Part shown: positions 15,001 to 30,000 of the stretch, in pieces
How the letters are laid out: each line of letters begins with the position of its first letter
How positions within the stretch are numbered: the stretch's first letter is position 1
Source: Lytechinus pictus
Taxonomy: Eukaryota
Direction of reading: 5' to 3'
DNA length: 64,000 nucleotides
Assembly (NCBI RefSeq): GCF_037042905.1
Contig: NC_087248.1
Span: 11,284,001 to 11,348,000 of the forward strand
Translations under genes and position numbers: made by a program
The notes under the pieces: generated by a model
Seen by the model: only the letters and a program-made list of their open reading frames with translations
What the model was told of the DNA's origin: nothing
Databases searched by the model: none

Positions 15001-18000
15001 AGAGAATTGATCCACTGGACATATTGATAATTCAGTTTCTATATATGCATTTCATAGTAATAATGGAACAGTGCATTGTCATACATATATGCTCCTCATC
15101 CATTTTCAAGCCTGTAATGATTCATTCCATTCCTGCCTGACTTCATTTCAATTGGTCACGTAACAGAACTAGGGATGGCCCCAGGAAAATATGATGAAAC
15201 ATTATTTTCTCTGGAAAAGGGCTACGTCATCGAATGCCATCTCTTCAACGTTTTGTTGCTTTACAAAGAAATGGAGAAGCAGTCGAAGTGATTGATAAAA
15301 AGATGACGGCAGCATGCTACATGTACATCTCATGGGATAAAACTGTGAGGCTAGAATGATAGAACTTCTTGGCTGCTAACCAGAAGATACTTTTTGTATT
15401 CTGTTTATACTGTGCATGTAGGGATGTTCATCAGGGGCCCGTCTTACAAAGAGTCGCGATTGATCCGATCAATCACAACTATGGACGGCCAGCAACGTCA
15501 ACATCCATTATGCATGTTCGTTCAAAATATTTTCTAACTATGATGTATGTTCATGCATTCATTGTTTATTTGAAAATTCACTGTGCTTCTCTTTGTTTAC
15601 AAAGGACATTGTGCAAATTTCCAGTAGAAAAAAATGACACTGGTGGATTTCCATAGAGTTACAATTGATTGGATCAATCATAACTCTTTGTAGACGGGGC
15701 CCTGGAGTAAAACAAATGCTGCAGAGTGGGGATGAATTTCATCCTGGAAATGCCTAAGAAAAGAGTCCCTGAAATGCTGTGTCTGAACAGGCCTTTGAGA
15801 TATGAATACATTTTGAATAGGCTTTGAATACTCTGCCTTGCACAGACGACCTTATTTTCATCTCATTGCAGCATTGTCTTATCTCAAACTTTGACATGTA
15901 AACGGAAGACAATGTGTAAAACTTGATTTTGCAAGGGCGCAGTCTTGAGCCAACACTGCATGACGTAAATGAGGTTTGGCATTGATCGCCACACTGTCTT
16001 TCTATTTTTAGCAGGGCTGTAGGGAGGAAGGTATTCTGTGGAAAATCTCAGTGAAACTTTTCAGTTTTTACATGTGTTTTTGATAATTTTTTCTTCTGTA
16101 TTGATACTTAATGTCTTATCATAGGTACTGGTATGCAACTTGATACCCAAGTTTAAACATAATTAGCTTTAGAAGATGTACATGTAGCTGATTATGTAAA
16201 AAACAATCCACACTTTCATTTTTTTTTTTGCCATAGAGAGGTGCTACATATAAAAAAAAAATTAGTTTTATAGTGTAATACACTGTTATTGTGGAGATTC
16301 GAGTTTAATGAAATTGTTGCGATTATAGTGAGATTGGTTGCTAAGGTTTAACAAATCAAGGGAATATGAAAACTTTTAACACTTACTGTTTTCAGGAATT
16401 GCTATTTGAATCAAATAATCATTTGAATCTGTACCAGATAAAAGAAAAGAAGAAATACTGCAAAAAAAGGATTTTAAAAGTTAAGAAAGGGAACAAGAGA
16501 GTGGAGGTGCATGTCAGAAATTGATGTCATGTGAGTGGAAGGGGGGTATTGCATATATATGATTATTAAAAGCCAAAAGAAATTAGTTCAACGTGTGAAG
16601 TCTTACTGATTCAAGAGATAGATGAAACAAGATTGCCTTTGCTGCCTTCCCTTAAGAATCATTTAAAGAAAGTTACCATAGCAACACATGGAGGTAAATC
16701 CTGATGCAGATCATATGTTTGAAACCAGGCGATGAGGGTACAGAGAGGAAAAGTCATGAAAACATTTAGACAAGAGATTTTGTTGCTATGGATATGATGC
16801 ATATTTACACCTGATACTTACGAGAGCTGATCAGCGGAAAAAGCAAACCCACACAGGAGAGTTTATTAGGTATCTATGACAGCCCCAAAGGCACTGTTAG
16901 GCTGAAGAGGTCTTCATTTTTGGAACAGTTGTGATGTTTGCAGAGATATCACAATGAGGGGGGTTTGATTCATACAGAAAAAAAAAAAAAAAAAAAAAAC
17001 AGGTTGCACACGTACAAGTTTGGTGGATTTCCAACATGGCCTCTCTCTTGATGATCTTTTGTACTTTTGTTTTTTATCATTCCCTGTCCATATTACTTTT
17101 TGTATAAATGGGTTCTTTCTTGGTATACACATTAGTGATAATTTCAACTTTAATAATCTGCATTTTATAATTATAAATTATTAATCTGCAATTTATAATT
17201 ATTCTTGGGATAGGGAACTACAAACAAGTGATTGATTAAAGTTTGTTACAACTATTGATGTTAAAGACGATGCATACATGTACATCTCTATCTACAACTC
17301 TATTTTATTTTAGTTTTATCCTGCCCTATATTTTTTCTATTCCCCTCTCTTTCTCTCATTTCTGTTTCTATCTCACTCTTTCCTTAATTTCTCTTCATTC
17401 TCTGTAATGACAACTTTCATCTCTGCCCAACAGAATGTTGCTGCATTTTGATTTGCTTTTATCTCCCCCTCCCCTCTAACTGCTCTCTATCTCTCTATCT
17501 TTCTGCGTCTGTTTTTATCGTGGTCTATCTCTCTCACCAGTCTAGATGTCTGTGCTCACGAGCGAGACCAGAAATCCCAATTACAGACACACCAGCGCAG
17601 ATTAAATCCTAACCCAGAAAGGCACAACCATCTAAATGGATTTAGTTAATAAAGGGAGTAGTTATTTTTGGTTCATTACAAATGCAGCTTGACAGATACC
17701 ATCAGTGCCTCCAGTGGTTGAAATAATTTGATTTCTGTTTCAGAAAGTAGACAAAGAGTATAATTCAGTTCAAGACACTTTACATGCAATGACCCATTAC
17801 ATGTTCATGTATGTATGTAGGAGTTGTTTTTAATTCCTTTATCATTCTTGTTCAAATAAATGGTATATGTTGCCAGGGTGAATGCCATATTGTGTTCATT
17901 TTTAAGACTTTGCCCCATTAAGAATGGGTTAATATGGCATGTGGACAGGTCAGGAGATGTTCTTATTTTTTTCCTTCGACCTTATTACTCTCTGCAGAGT

Positions 18001-21000
18001 AAGAACGTTGATGCAATGTCAAATTTAAGACTTGACAATGAATGCACCAATTCAGGTATGAAACGAGTATTATCTTTTGAAATTATTTGTAGTTTCCAAA
18101 GAATTCCTTAACTCCAACTTCAGATCGCCTTTCAACAGCGGGTTCGACTACAGGCCTTACATCGTCAATTGGTCTCCAACACTACACATCCTAGATGGTT
18201 ATGCAATCACACACAAAGAAAAGTAAGTACTAGAATATTTTTTTGTCAAGAATGTTCCAAGGAAGGTATACCAGCTTTCATGATGGCAATGGTATGCTAT
18301 TCTTTGAGAAGGTATGAACTAGATACCCTCCAATGGCAAAATTGTTGTAGTAGAAATATAGATTACAGTCATATCTTGGAGTAGCATGATGAAAAACATC
18401 CACAGTCCGAATTTGGTAGGCATCAGATTAACGGGGATCTGAGATACATGTATGACCAGATGAATACCTAATTAGCCTCATTTAAGTCTGTTGGCCTGGT
18501 TCTATTGTTTGGGACCAGGCCAAAAATGAATAGGCCTACATAATTGACATGATTACTTTGGTACCAGTACTCTATATGTCAGGGAAGCTACTCACCATTA
18601 TGTCTTCATCATTCTGCAGACAAGCTCTTGTCAGTGACACAGAGCCTGCTTTATTTGATTTGGGTAATGACCTTGTTCTTTGACTTACGTTATTGACCAC
18701 GGGGCAGTTGCTTGAAAAACGTGATTGTGTCATGGAACCAAAGTAAGTAGTGTTGGTGACGTCGCTGCTGTCGTTGTTCCTATGCAATCTTTTGTCATTG
18801 ACTGGGAGGCTCCTATACACTGTAGGTGTGTTTAACCACCTAATGGTCTTCGGACTCGAGGAGTATTGTTGCAAGGATATTGAACATAATGCCATTTTTT
18901 GTAAGAGGAATTTTTCATGGAACGTTTTTAGTGATGTCACTAGTGAAAAGGGAGTTTTAGATTGTGTGGATGAGAGCTGTATTCCAGTCCAATGATTCCA
19001 AGTTGAAACATAGTCCAGTGGCTACATGGACAACAAGTGACAAGTTCTTAGATCGCACTTAGGCTATGGAAAGTTGGCCTATGATGATGTTGCCTATTGA
19101 AAACTGGTGCATGATCTATATGTAGGACAATGTTTAACTATTTGCACGCTGAATTAATTTTTTGGGGAAAATAATGACAATTGTTTCCATGTCTTTTTCT
19201 TTAATTCAAGATATCCATTTTGCACCATTAATACTTATTATTATTGTATAGATGTCATCCAAGAACTACCGTATTGCCTTTTATTAGCTTATCTAATTTG
19301 AAGGTAGGGAAGAAAACCAATTACTACGATTGTTGAATTTAATTGTATGAATGTGCAAAATTGCAACATCAGCGCGCAATATAATTTTTGTTGCAATGTT
19401 CCAGATTTTAATTGTGGAAGATGAGAGGATGTGACGAATGCGCATTGTCCTAAGAGGAAGTCAACAGGTTTAGTCCACTACATGTACATGTATGTTTAAG
19501 TATTCATAAAACCTTTAAAAATCTAGTGCTCCCATGTGTACTGTGGCCCATGTAGTAGGTGACGGCTAGACTTGTGAGTATGGGCACTGATCTAAAGCTT
19601 CCAGTCTTTTTATTGGTCAATGACTTGGTGGCTTCTGTGCATTAATTTATGTGTAACCACATTCCAAGTAGTCATATGTCATTCTAGGTTATGGGTTTTC
19701 AAGATATTAGCCACAGTTCATGTGTATCAGAAGACACAGAAGACCATGTTTCATGCTTCTCAAGGCCTTATTACCACGGTGACTGTTCCTGCTAACAATG
19801 ACTGCTAGACAAATGTACATTGGTGTGTGTAACCACCTGTCAGAATGGTCATTGGTCATTTGTTCTTAGATCTTTGTATGTAAATGAGAAAACTACACAG
19901 CTAGCAGTTGTCACCAACAGGTGTCATGGAGTATGTGTCATAGAACGTACTGACCATTGCCTATTAGTCACTGTTTCTTCAGACAGACCTGTAACAATGT
20001 TTGCACTGACTGCTGATCGTTGTACACAGCACTGAAATGACTTTCTATTAATAGGAAACTGACAATAGACAGTTCTACCCATTATGATTGATATTGGGTG
20101 CAATGAAATTGATTATCATTGGTAAAAATTGGTGTCATTGGTACCTTGATAAGTTTGCTTTGGCTGTACTATTTAAAGTTATTGACCCTTGATTTGGCAT
20201 TTATTAACATATCAGTTTGCCATGTGGTAGAGAGAAGTAGTTTTATGTTTAAGGAGCATTGCAGTATGCTAATGTGCTTTCCTCTCAATGCAATTAGAAG
20301 TTACTTGATCCTGGTGGATGTCTCAAAAAGCTGTTTGTAAGTTATATGCGACTATACAAACGACTGGTGACCCTTTCTTAGAAACTTAATCAACATCTGG
20401 GTCCTGTAAGACAAAGGTTAGCGATTAAACGTACACTCAATTTTTACGATTGATTGCACACTGTAGTCAATGGAATCAATCGTAGAACGGGCTCCAGATG
20501 TCTATCATTTACCACAAGAAAGGGCACCAGTCTTTCTTAAAGTCAATTTAACTTATGAACCGCGTTATGAAACATCCACCAGCATCAGCATGTGACAGTT
20601 CAATTGAGTCTCTGCATATACCAATCAACTCTGAACAGAATCCTTGATGTTTGACAGAATTTCGATTTTGCCAGGCCTATCCCAGTAGACCTGTTCCAGT
20701 CTGTCAATCACTGCCGGTCTCAATCTCTCTCCGTAGACTGTTGTTGTTTGCGGTCAAATGCAGGAAACAATTGATGCGATCGTTCTGAGCTGTGGGACCC
20801 CAATTTACTGGGTGATTCATTGGGAATTGACAGTGTGACAACAGCAGGGAGAGAGAGAGAGAGAAAGAGAGAGAGAGATACATAAAATATACATGCTAGA
20901 CACTGGGAGACAGAGTGACTGTTAGAGGTAGAAGAGAGTGAGAGAGAAATATAGGGCTACCATAATATTAAAAGATCATGGCAGAGAAGATAATGGTAAA

Positions 21001-24000
21001 TGAAAAGTTAGAGAATTTCTGAAAGATAAAGAGAGAGGCAGATACATATAGAGAGTGGTGGGGGGGGGGGGGGAGTTATTCCGCGAGAGAGATGTGGACA
21101 AAGGAAATACAAAAGGAAAATATCCACGTACATGTGAAGAGAGAGAGAAAGAGAGAGAGAGCACAAACATGCAGACTTATACAAACAGACATACATGTAA
21201 ATGCAGTATAGAAGTACATGTATAGATAGAAAAGAGATAGCTCTATCTAGCAACAGAGACTTTTAATGACGGTGGATCTACATGTACATGTATTTTACTT
21301 TGCGAAGAAATGCTGGTGGCTGTCATGGCCATTGAGCGTGGGCAAGTAGGCTCAGGGAGACTTACCCACAGAGGATTAGGTATGTGGGACCAAGCCCATC
21401 CTCCGCCCTAAAAGTGTATGAAGGGATTAAGGGTATGCATGATTCAATCAAGCTCTATATATCACATCATGCTACTCTTTTCAAGGACACACAAGGCTTT
21501 AATCTACTCTCTGTTGCTCAAATATTACAGTGATAGTTCCAGTGTTGTAGCTTTTCAGGATATATATACACATACACGTTGGAAAGAATGTCAACCATGA
21601 AGATAACAGTACATGTACATCTGCATTACAATGTTAATATACTAGTACTCCTTAAATTCTAGCTGGTACATGTACCTTTTCCATATTCAACACAAATATC
21701 CTCAAATATACAAACTTGCCTCTGCTTCCGGTAATCATTATCTCCAAGAATTTATAGGAACTGAAGGTAGCACATACACTATAAACAAGAGCCCTGATTG
21801 TTTCAAAGTCGTCAGCTCAAGCATTTTACATCCTGTGTAGTTCAAAAGATAACACACTGAAACATTACCATATCCTTCTAGAAGATCAACACCTACCCTA
21901 GGTGATAGACCATATCTGCATTTCAATTCATTGTGCTTTAAATGCTGATGCAACATGCGTAGGGCCAACTTGCAAAATGCGCACTGCTGCTGTTGCTTTT
22001 TGCTTTCAATTTTTCCTCACTTTCATAAACTAACATAGCATAAATCGATAATTGATCATATTTTTGCTAACTTCCAAGGCATTGTAATAATAATAATAGG
22101 CATTTGTATAGCGCCATCTATCTAGATATAATATATTCCGAGGCGCGTTGTTATTATTATTATTACCCCGGCTTTAGCACGAGCTGCCTTTCAGCGCTGT
22201 TGCATCGTGCATTGTACAACACAAATAGCGAGTATTCTCATTCCTTCAATGGTACAATATTCATTTCTCATTCGGTGAAAGATAGAAACACTATGTTCAA
22301 TTCGGCTACGCCTTGTGGAATAAATCATGTTTCTGTCACCTCATGTGAAATCTCGTACCATCATACTCATGTCTATTTGCTATACTTTTCACACTGACAC
22401 TGTAGTTTCACACCACTGTGCACCATTGACCTCTCCATTCTACTATTCAAACAGGTATGAACACACGTATCTCTTCGAGTCTCACGTTCTTGCAGCTTGT
22501 GCTATAATTAAGGTGATTTGCCTGTCACCGGCATTGCAAATTACCCCTTCCCTTTCCTCTTAACTCTGTCACGCACTAAGGCATCAGCTGCCATTGGAGC
22601 TCCATTTTCTGTAGAGGTGCAGTTCTTTTCTGCTCATTTCAAGTATTGGGAGCAAGGACAATATTGAAATTCAGACATCCTTTTCAGACTAATGTACATT
22701 ACCTGATGTTTGTACAAATGTGATGATGTATTTGGGAATCTGTATTTGTTTACATGTAAATTTATAAATTTGGTACATGTTGTGGTTGAAGTTGCAGACT
22801 CTCTATTTATGCAATTACATTTTACCATGATGCGCCTTTAATATTTGTTTCTGACATAGTTTACTGTTATCTTCTATATCACGCAGCTTGAAGGCTGAGT
22901 GGCTGTACAGTCAAGGCAAAGGAAGATGGTACCACCCAGGACAACACCTACAACTTGTGCAATACCTCGGCAACACATGCCCTCTCACAGTGGTGTCTGA
23001 GGTATTAAGAAAGATTCATGAATTTCCTGGATGGTAGCGATGAAGGTGTTGGTACTAGTAGATGTTTTGTGACTGTGGAGATGGTCAAAGTGATGATGGG
23101 GATGGTTCATGCTGGAGATTGCAGAAATGTCTATGATTATCGTGAAGGTTGAGAATGTGAGATAGAGTGATGATGTTGGTGTTGGCAATAGAGACTTGTC
23201 AATCGGTGGTCAAACTAGTGGTGGTTATTGCATGCAGTAGTAAAGATATTGGGAGTGATGATTACTGTGGAGATGGTAGAAGTGATGATGGAGATGGTTC
23301 ATGCTGGAGGTTGCAGCAATGGTTATGTTAGTGGTGGTGATGATGGCGATAATTATTGTGAAGAATGAGATTGCTTGAGTGATGATGATGATGGTGGTGA
23401 TTGCAATAGAGTTGGTGGTCAAAGAAGTGGTGGTTATTGCAATAGTAAAGATATTTGGGAGGGATGATTACTGTGAAGATGGTAGAAGTGATGATGGAGA
23501 TCGTTCATGCTGGAGGTGGCAGCAATGGTAATGGTGTTGTTGGTGGTGATGATGGCGATAATTATTGTGAAGGTTGAGAATGAGATAGCTGGAGTGATTG
23601 ATGATGATGGTGGTGTTGGCAATAGAGAGGGATCAGTTGGTGGACAAAGTTGGTGGCTATTGCAATAGTAAAGATATTGGGAGGGATGATTACTGTGGAG
23701 ATTGTAATAGTAATGATTCAGATGGCTCATGCTGGAGGTGGCAGCAATTGTTATGATGATGGTTTTGGTGGTGGCGATAATTATTGTGAAGGTTGAGAAT
23801 GAGATAGCTGGAGTGAATGATGATGATGGTGGTGATTGCAATAGAGAGGGATCAGTTGGTGGGTCAAAGTAGTGGTGGTTATTACAATAGTAAAGATATT
23901 GGGAGTGATTGTTATGATGATGGTCCTCAGTGTTTGATGTATGGGTATGCTGAAGGTTGTGATACAAGTGGGACAGTGGGAAAGATTGTAGTGTTTGTTA

Positions 24001-27000
24001 AAAGGATGTTAGTGATAATGATGATTTGATTTCGTATTAAGGAATATCTGCAAGTATAGGCCTATCTTTTACATTTGATGTTTGGTCTTGTTCACTGTCA
24101 CTTCTCTGAACTGAATCTGACAAAACATATTAATATTCTTTTCCTTAAGCAATCTTCGGATCTAGTTCACATAACCATTTCATAATGTGGGTGTCCAGAT
24201 CCCTTTCTGTTGTGAACTGTGAATGGTTCTGATCCAGGAAGCGATCTTTCCTCTAAAAGTATCACAGTGTATTTTGCATGAAATCTGTATCTGTATCTGT
24301 ATTGAAGGGTGAGACGAATGTCTCCAGTTTTTGCGGTCATATATTGCATTTAATGGTTGTTTTATTGTTTGTATTGATCAGACACAGGCAAAAGAAGATG
24401 AGAGGTTGATGAGGATCCTCCAACAACAGAAGAAGTACCAACAACAGCAACACCCCTTCCCAGTAGCGATAGGTGGTCCCGACTCCGCCCAGGCACAGCT
24501 TCCATCCCCATCCCCTTCAAACCCACCCCAAGCCCAGGCCCAGGGTGGGGCACATGCGCCATCCACCCCATCATCTCTCCCGTCAACACCGGTAGGCAAC
24601 GCCCCTGCTGGGTCCGCCATGCGCCCCACCCGGCTCTCGCCTACCAAACTGACCCCCTCAATGCCCGGTCAGAAGGGTGGTAATGGGGGTCAGAAGTCTC
24701 CTACCAAGAGGATGCCTTCGCCCCTGAGGAGCCCCTCTCCCTCCAAGGTGAGTTTCTGTGGATTTGTTCATGATTTTGGTCACATATAAGCCACACTTTG
24801 AAGGAAGATACTTCTTGTTTTCATTAGCTTTTTGATTGAAAGGAGAGATTTCTGTGTAGTATTCTCATCTCATCTCAGATTTTTTTTTTAGCACTGGAAG
24901 AAAATTTAGAACTGAAGAATAATTATCATTTACTCTGTTAATAGAAGATAGCATGCAATAAGTTGTTCTTGAAAGACTGTTTTGTGTTTAAAGAAGCACA
25001 TCCACAATTTCAATAAAAGTTCATGAAATACCTTGAGAGTAACTAATTGCAAACTGTGGAGCTCTTTGGTACTGAGTATTGGGATAACTTCCTATAGCTG
25101 TTCTTAAGTTGCGCACAACTTCACACACAGATGAATTCACAACTGATAGAGTGTTATATTGTGCTCAATGAGATACCCCAAGTTTTTCATGTGTTCATAT
25201 AATCAGAGTGCATTTCCCATAAACTGACATACGTGACAGTATGTAAACTTTGTAAAATATAATGTGTTCAATTTCAGATGCTTTTAATCAAAGATAATTT
25301 GTATTTTTTTAAAGATTTTAGCTGATGGAAATCTAAAATGAAAATCTGATTTTAGCAAACAAGGAGAGGGTCACTCTTTGTACTTAAAGGTCAAGTCCAC
25401 CCCAGAAAAATGTTGATTTGAATAAATAGAGAAAAATCAAACTAGCAAAACGCTGAAAAATTCATTAAAATCAGATGTAAAATAAGAAAGTTATGGTATT
25501 TTACAGTTTCGCTAATTTTTCACAAAACAGTGATATGTACAACTCAGTGACATGCAAATGAGACAGTCGATGATGTCCCTCACTCACTATTTCTTTTGTT
25601 ATTTATTCTTTGAATTATACAATATTTCATTTTTTACAGATTTGGCAATAAGGACCAACTTGTCTGAGCCATATAGTATTAAACAATGCTAATTCCACAT
25701 GTTCAGGGAGGAATTAATCATTGTTTCACTTGACAATGAGGAGAAAATGAGAATATTCCATATTTCATATAATAAAACACATAAGAAATAGTGAGTGGAT
25801 GACGTCATAAGTCTCCTCATTTGCATAGCGACCAGGATGTGCATATAACTGTTTTGTGTAATTAAGCGAAACTTTAAAATGTCATAACTTTCTTGTTTTA
25901 TATCCGATTTTGATGAAATTTTCAGTGGTATGCTTGTTGGATTTTTCTCTTTTTATTCAAATCAACTATTTGTTGGGGTGGACTTGTCCTTTAAAATCAA
26001 GTACAGACAATTTTATGAAACATCCGCCAGGTTTTCAGTAACAACTCACCATTCAATTGTCCAGTAGATAATCAATACATATGCTAAAGTAAGCGTGGGT
26101 GTGTTTTATTGATCTTTTAGGTGCTGAGCCCCGGTAGTGCATGGCCTTCCGACAGGAATGAGAACTCACAGCTTCATCGTAACTTCAAACCGGTGGGAGA
26201 GAACTCTCCTCCATCTGGGGCTGCTGATGTCTTCCTACAAGATATTGAAGGTATGCCACTTTTCTGCCCCATTCTAGGCTCTAACAGAGTAGAAAATATA
26301 CAAGGGCGACAGGCGATTTCACCCATTTCACAGCCCAAATCGTCCCTAAAATTTCCCAAGTGAAATGCTTTCGGGTGACTATCGTTTCTTGAGTTGCCCT
26401 AGATCTGCCACAATCAGTCTTCAAGAATATCAAGAACATTTAAAAAATCAATATTGTACATACACCAGAAAGGTGATGCTTCATTTGACACAGAATCGAT
26501 CATTATTTGAAAAAAACATATCCCTTCAAATGAAAGAAATAGCCCCTGAAAAAAAAAATTCTCTACCTTTGGATTTATTCTATCTAAACTCCTCAAAAAA
26601 AGTTTGGAAATCTGACTTTGATCGATAATCCTTCCTCGGTTTTAGTAAATATCAATGTGTAATCAATAGCAATGAATAAAGTATTTGATTCTCTTTAAAA
26701 TGATACCCTACATGATATGATTATGGTTCACTTGGAGGTGCAGTGCCTTGAAATGTGGGGCAAGGTCAAAATTCAAAAGTTGCAAAATTACACTGTTTGT
26801 TTTTCCGTAGTGATGAGTGAGTTTCTCAGCGTTTTTTTTTTTACTTTGATCGATAATTCCTCATCGGTTTTAGTAGATATCTATGTGTAATTATTATCAA
26901 TGAATAGATCATTTAATTTTCTTTAAAATGATACCCTACATGATATGATTATCGTTCACATGGAGGTGCAGTGCCTTGAAATGTCAAAATTCAAAAGTTG

Positions 27001-30000
27001 CAAAATGACACAATATTGAAAGTCACTGTTCTTTTTTCAGTGGTGATGAGTGAGTTTCTCAGCAGTTTCTTTTAATTGTTTTCATGCAGCTAAACATCAA
27101 CATTAACATGGAATCAAACACACCTCTGCACAAGCAAAAACATAACAAACAAACATGCATGGGTATTTCAAACCACGACTCAAACCATGTTATCTCACAG
27201 TCGCATCACTACAGAAGCTGGGGCTTGATTTGAATGGATTTTCATCTCTATTGACACAGACAAAAGAATCATGTTCTGTATTGACCCATCATGACTATTT
27301 CTGCTCGTTTTGCAGCTTTTCAATTCAGACCTCATCCATCACTTTTGAATCCTGCTCTTTTCCTGATGGCATGATCATAACAAGCATGGTATCATTTTAA
27401 AGAGAATTAAATGATCTTTTGAATAATGTAAAATATGCATTGTGTAAAATTGAGAGTTGGGAGAAATTAATAGCCAAACACAGATTTCCAAACTTTTTTT
27501 GAGGGGTTTATTAAATTTGCAGAGGGACTTTTTTTTTTCTTTTGTTATTAATGAATTCATGTAGTTGCCTCATATCGTGATGCTTGTATAAAGTAATGAA
27601 AGTTGTTCTTCAGTCAGTCAGAGTTGAAATGAAGAGAGGATTATATTATAAACTTAATATGAAGTGTAAACACCCATCATTAGATGTTGTACCCATTGAA
27701 GCATGCAGTTGTATTTTATAATTAGTTGAGGTTATATTTGTTGTCGTTTTGTCATTTGAATTTGTATCCTGTATGAGAAGAATGAAGCTTCAAATTCTTT
27801 TATTTGAGTTACAGGAACTGAGTTTAACTTGTTTAGTGTATGTAAAATTTGACTAGAGTCAAAATGCTCATGCAAAGTATACTGAACAATTTTAAATTCA
27901 ATTGGATGTGCTGTATGTACTGCTATCAATTTGCATTCTCGCTACTTTAATGTAACTCTTTGAATGAATTACCAGTTTCTACATATTACTCTCTCACATG
28001 AATTATCTTGATTGTGTTCTGTGTAGATGGTGAAGTTGATCAGCTGGGACCCCTTGCCTCCGAGGCATCCTTCCTCCCACACCATCCAATGCCCAGAGAA
28101 GCCCAACAGGTCAGACCCAACACAGCCTCAGCCCAACAGGCACAGCACCCACATATTACCAAGCATAGCAAGGCCAAAGCTAACGTGTCGGAAGAATACA
28201 CGGATGTACCCCCGACGAGGCAGCCTCATGGTATCACAGACACAGCATCCTTTGCATCCCATGTTAGAACCCAGTTGGAGAAGACCCAGAGCGGGGGCGA
28301 CGCGTCCTCCCCCGTATCCAAGTTCCAGGCATACGAGGATCGCCCTGTTAAACCTCTGGCAACAAACATGCTCAAGATGCAGCTGGAAGGGAACGGGTCC
28401 GGCCACGGGAGGGTTACGAAGAAGGCAAGCACACCAACTCCTCGGCAGTCATCGAGCCTCCCCTCTACCCCGACCCCGAGACACTCATCCTCCAGTCTCC
28501 CCAGTACCCCCACGCCTCGCAGCCCACATGACTTCCACCACTCGTCCAAGGCAGGAAGGGAGAAGGGCAGGGGACATCTCGGGAAGCGAGCGGGAGGAGG
28601 AAGCAGTGGGGATCTCAGGGGAGCATCCTCAGGATCAAAGAGCGATGGCAAACATGGCAAAGACACAAGCAGCTCCAGGAAGCAGGGGAAAGGTCAGAGT
28701 GGTAGACATTGGGAGGTCAACGGCAACCCAGACTTTGAGAGGTATGTATTCAAGACCTTGATAAGATCAGTCTGGAGTATAAACTTACCTGTAGAAATTG
28801 CCTTAGGGCAAGGTCAACACTCAGTTTGTAACAAGACAAAGATTTGGGGCAACATTTCCATGAGCAGTCATTGTTATTAAATTTTGCTTTAAATAATGTG
28901 GAATGCTATGATTTATTCATTTTAAGAATGTACGTGTATTTATTTATTTGGTTAATCAAATCATGCAATAAAATTGAGGAAAAAAATGCAATCAGGTTAG
29001 AATAGTGTAAGAAACAATACTTTTCTCTTGCATTTCTGTGAAGAAAAAGTTGAATATGCAGATTCTTGTCTACATGCATGAGTGTTAAAATACCTAAGAA
29101 TACTTGAATTCATGATGATAATCTTGAAAAAAAAAAGAAAAACCAATGGGAGATATTGTTTTCAGAAGAAATGACTTGTTTCTGTTCTAATTTGCTTTTC
29201 TTCAAGTTATTAATTAGACTTGTATATTAGTTAGACTTTCAGATCTGCCATGTCGGATTTGCAGAAAGCATATATACAACATCCTCTTTGAGTGAAAGAA
29301 TAAATCTGTGTTCAGGGTGTTATCCTTGTCAATTCAAGTGTGTATACTGTATAAGTACAATCCAAACACACATTATATCAGCGAGCAGGGACTCGTTTCC
29401 TTGTCCGTGTACCCTATACTTTGGCAGAAAAATTTCAATGATAAACTAAGATGAGAATGTGATATTTTGGGGGTCTGGAAAAGGAAGATAGCTGCCACCT
29501 CGCCTTTGGCCATACTGGAAGCTTGTGTATATCCTGATTATGGTACAGAGAGGATGCCCCTGAAAGCCATGTTGTTGTTGGCCGGCGGGATGTTTGCGGT
29601 CTCTAATCGCTCTGTTCCTCTGCTGAGATGCAGGCGATGAGAGAAGAGCACATTGTGATAACATGACGTCTCTTTGCTCTCTTTGAAATAACACTTTTTA
29701 TTTGAGAGGAAGGGAAAGCAGAGAGAGCTAATCATATGATGACTGTGTGTTCTCTTTGAAATAACAGTCTCTTTATGATTGAGAAAGAAGTGGAGAGGAT
29801 AGAGAGATTGTTTGTTGAAATTTCATATCACTGTGCTTTTTTGCATTAAAAAAGATCAGTAAATCAGAAATCAAATGAAATTAGAGTTCATGAGTAAGTA
29901 GAATAAAAACCTGAATCATTATAAAAGGATGACGGCTTGCATTCAATTTTAGAAGAACCATCTCTGAAGGTGCTTCCAAAATCTGATGGAATAGCAAGAG

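Larger units (their letters stand above)
11800..18123 (+). other. U12-type (minor spliceosome) GT-AG intron
   Basis: 5' splice site GTATCCTTTT; branch site TTCCTTAAC at 18104-18112, ending 9 nt before the AG at 18122-18123; splicing restores the frame into GFDYRPYIV. Confidence 0.92.

Noticed and set aside
22985-24029. His/Thr/Ile-rich ORFs up to 177 aa; also considered as a CRISPR-like array
   Set aside because: They derive from a tandem satellite with no unique spacers; eukaryotic context and no cas genes.
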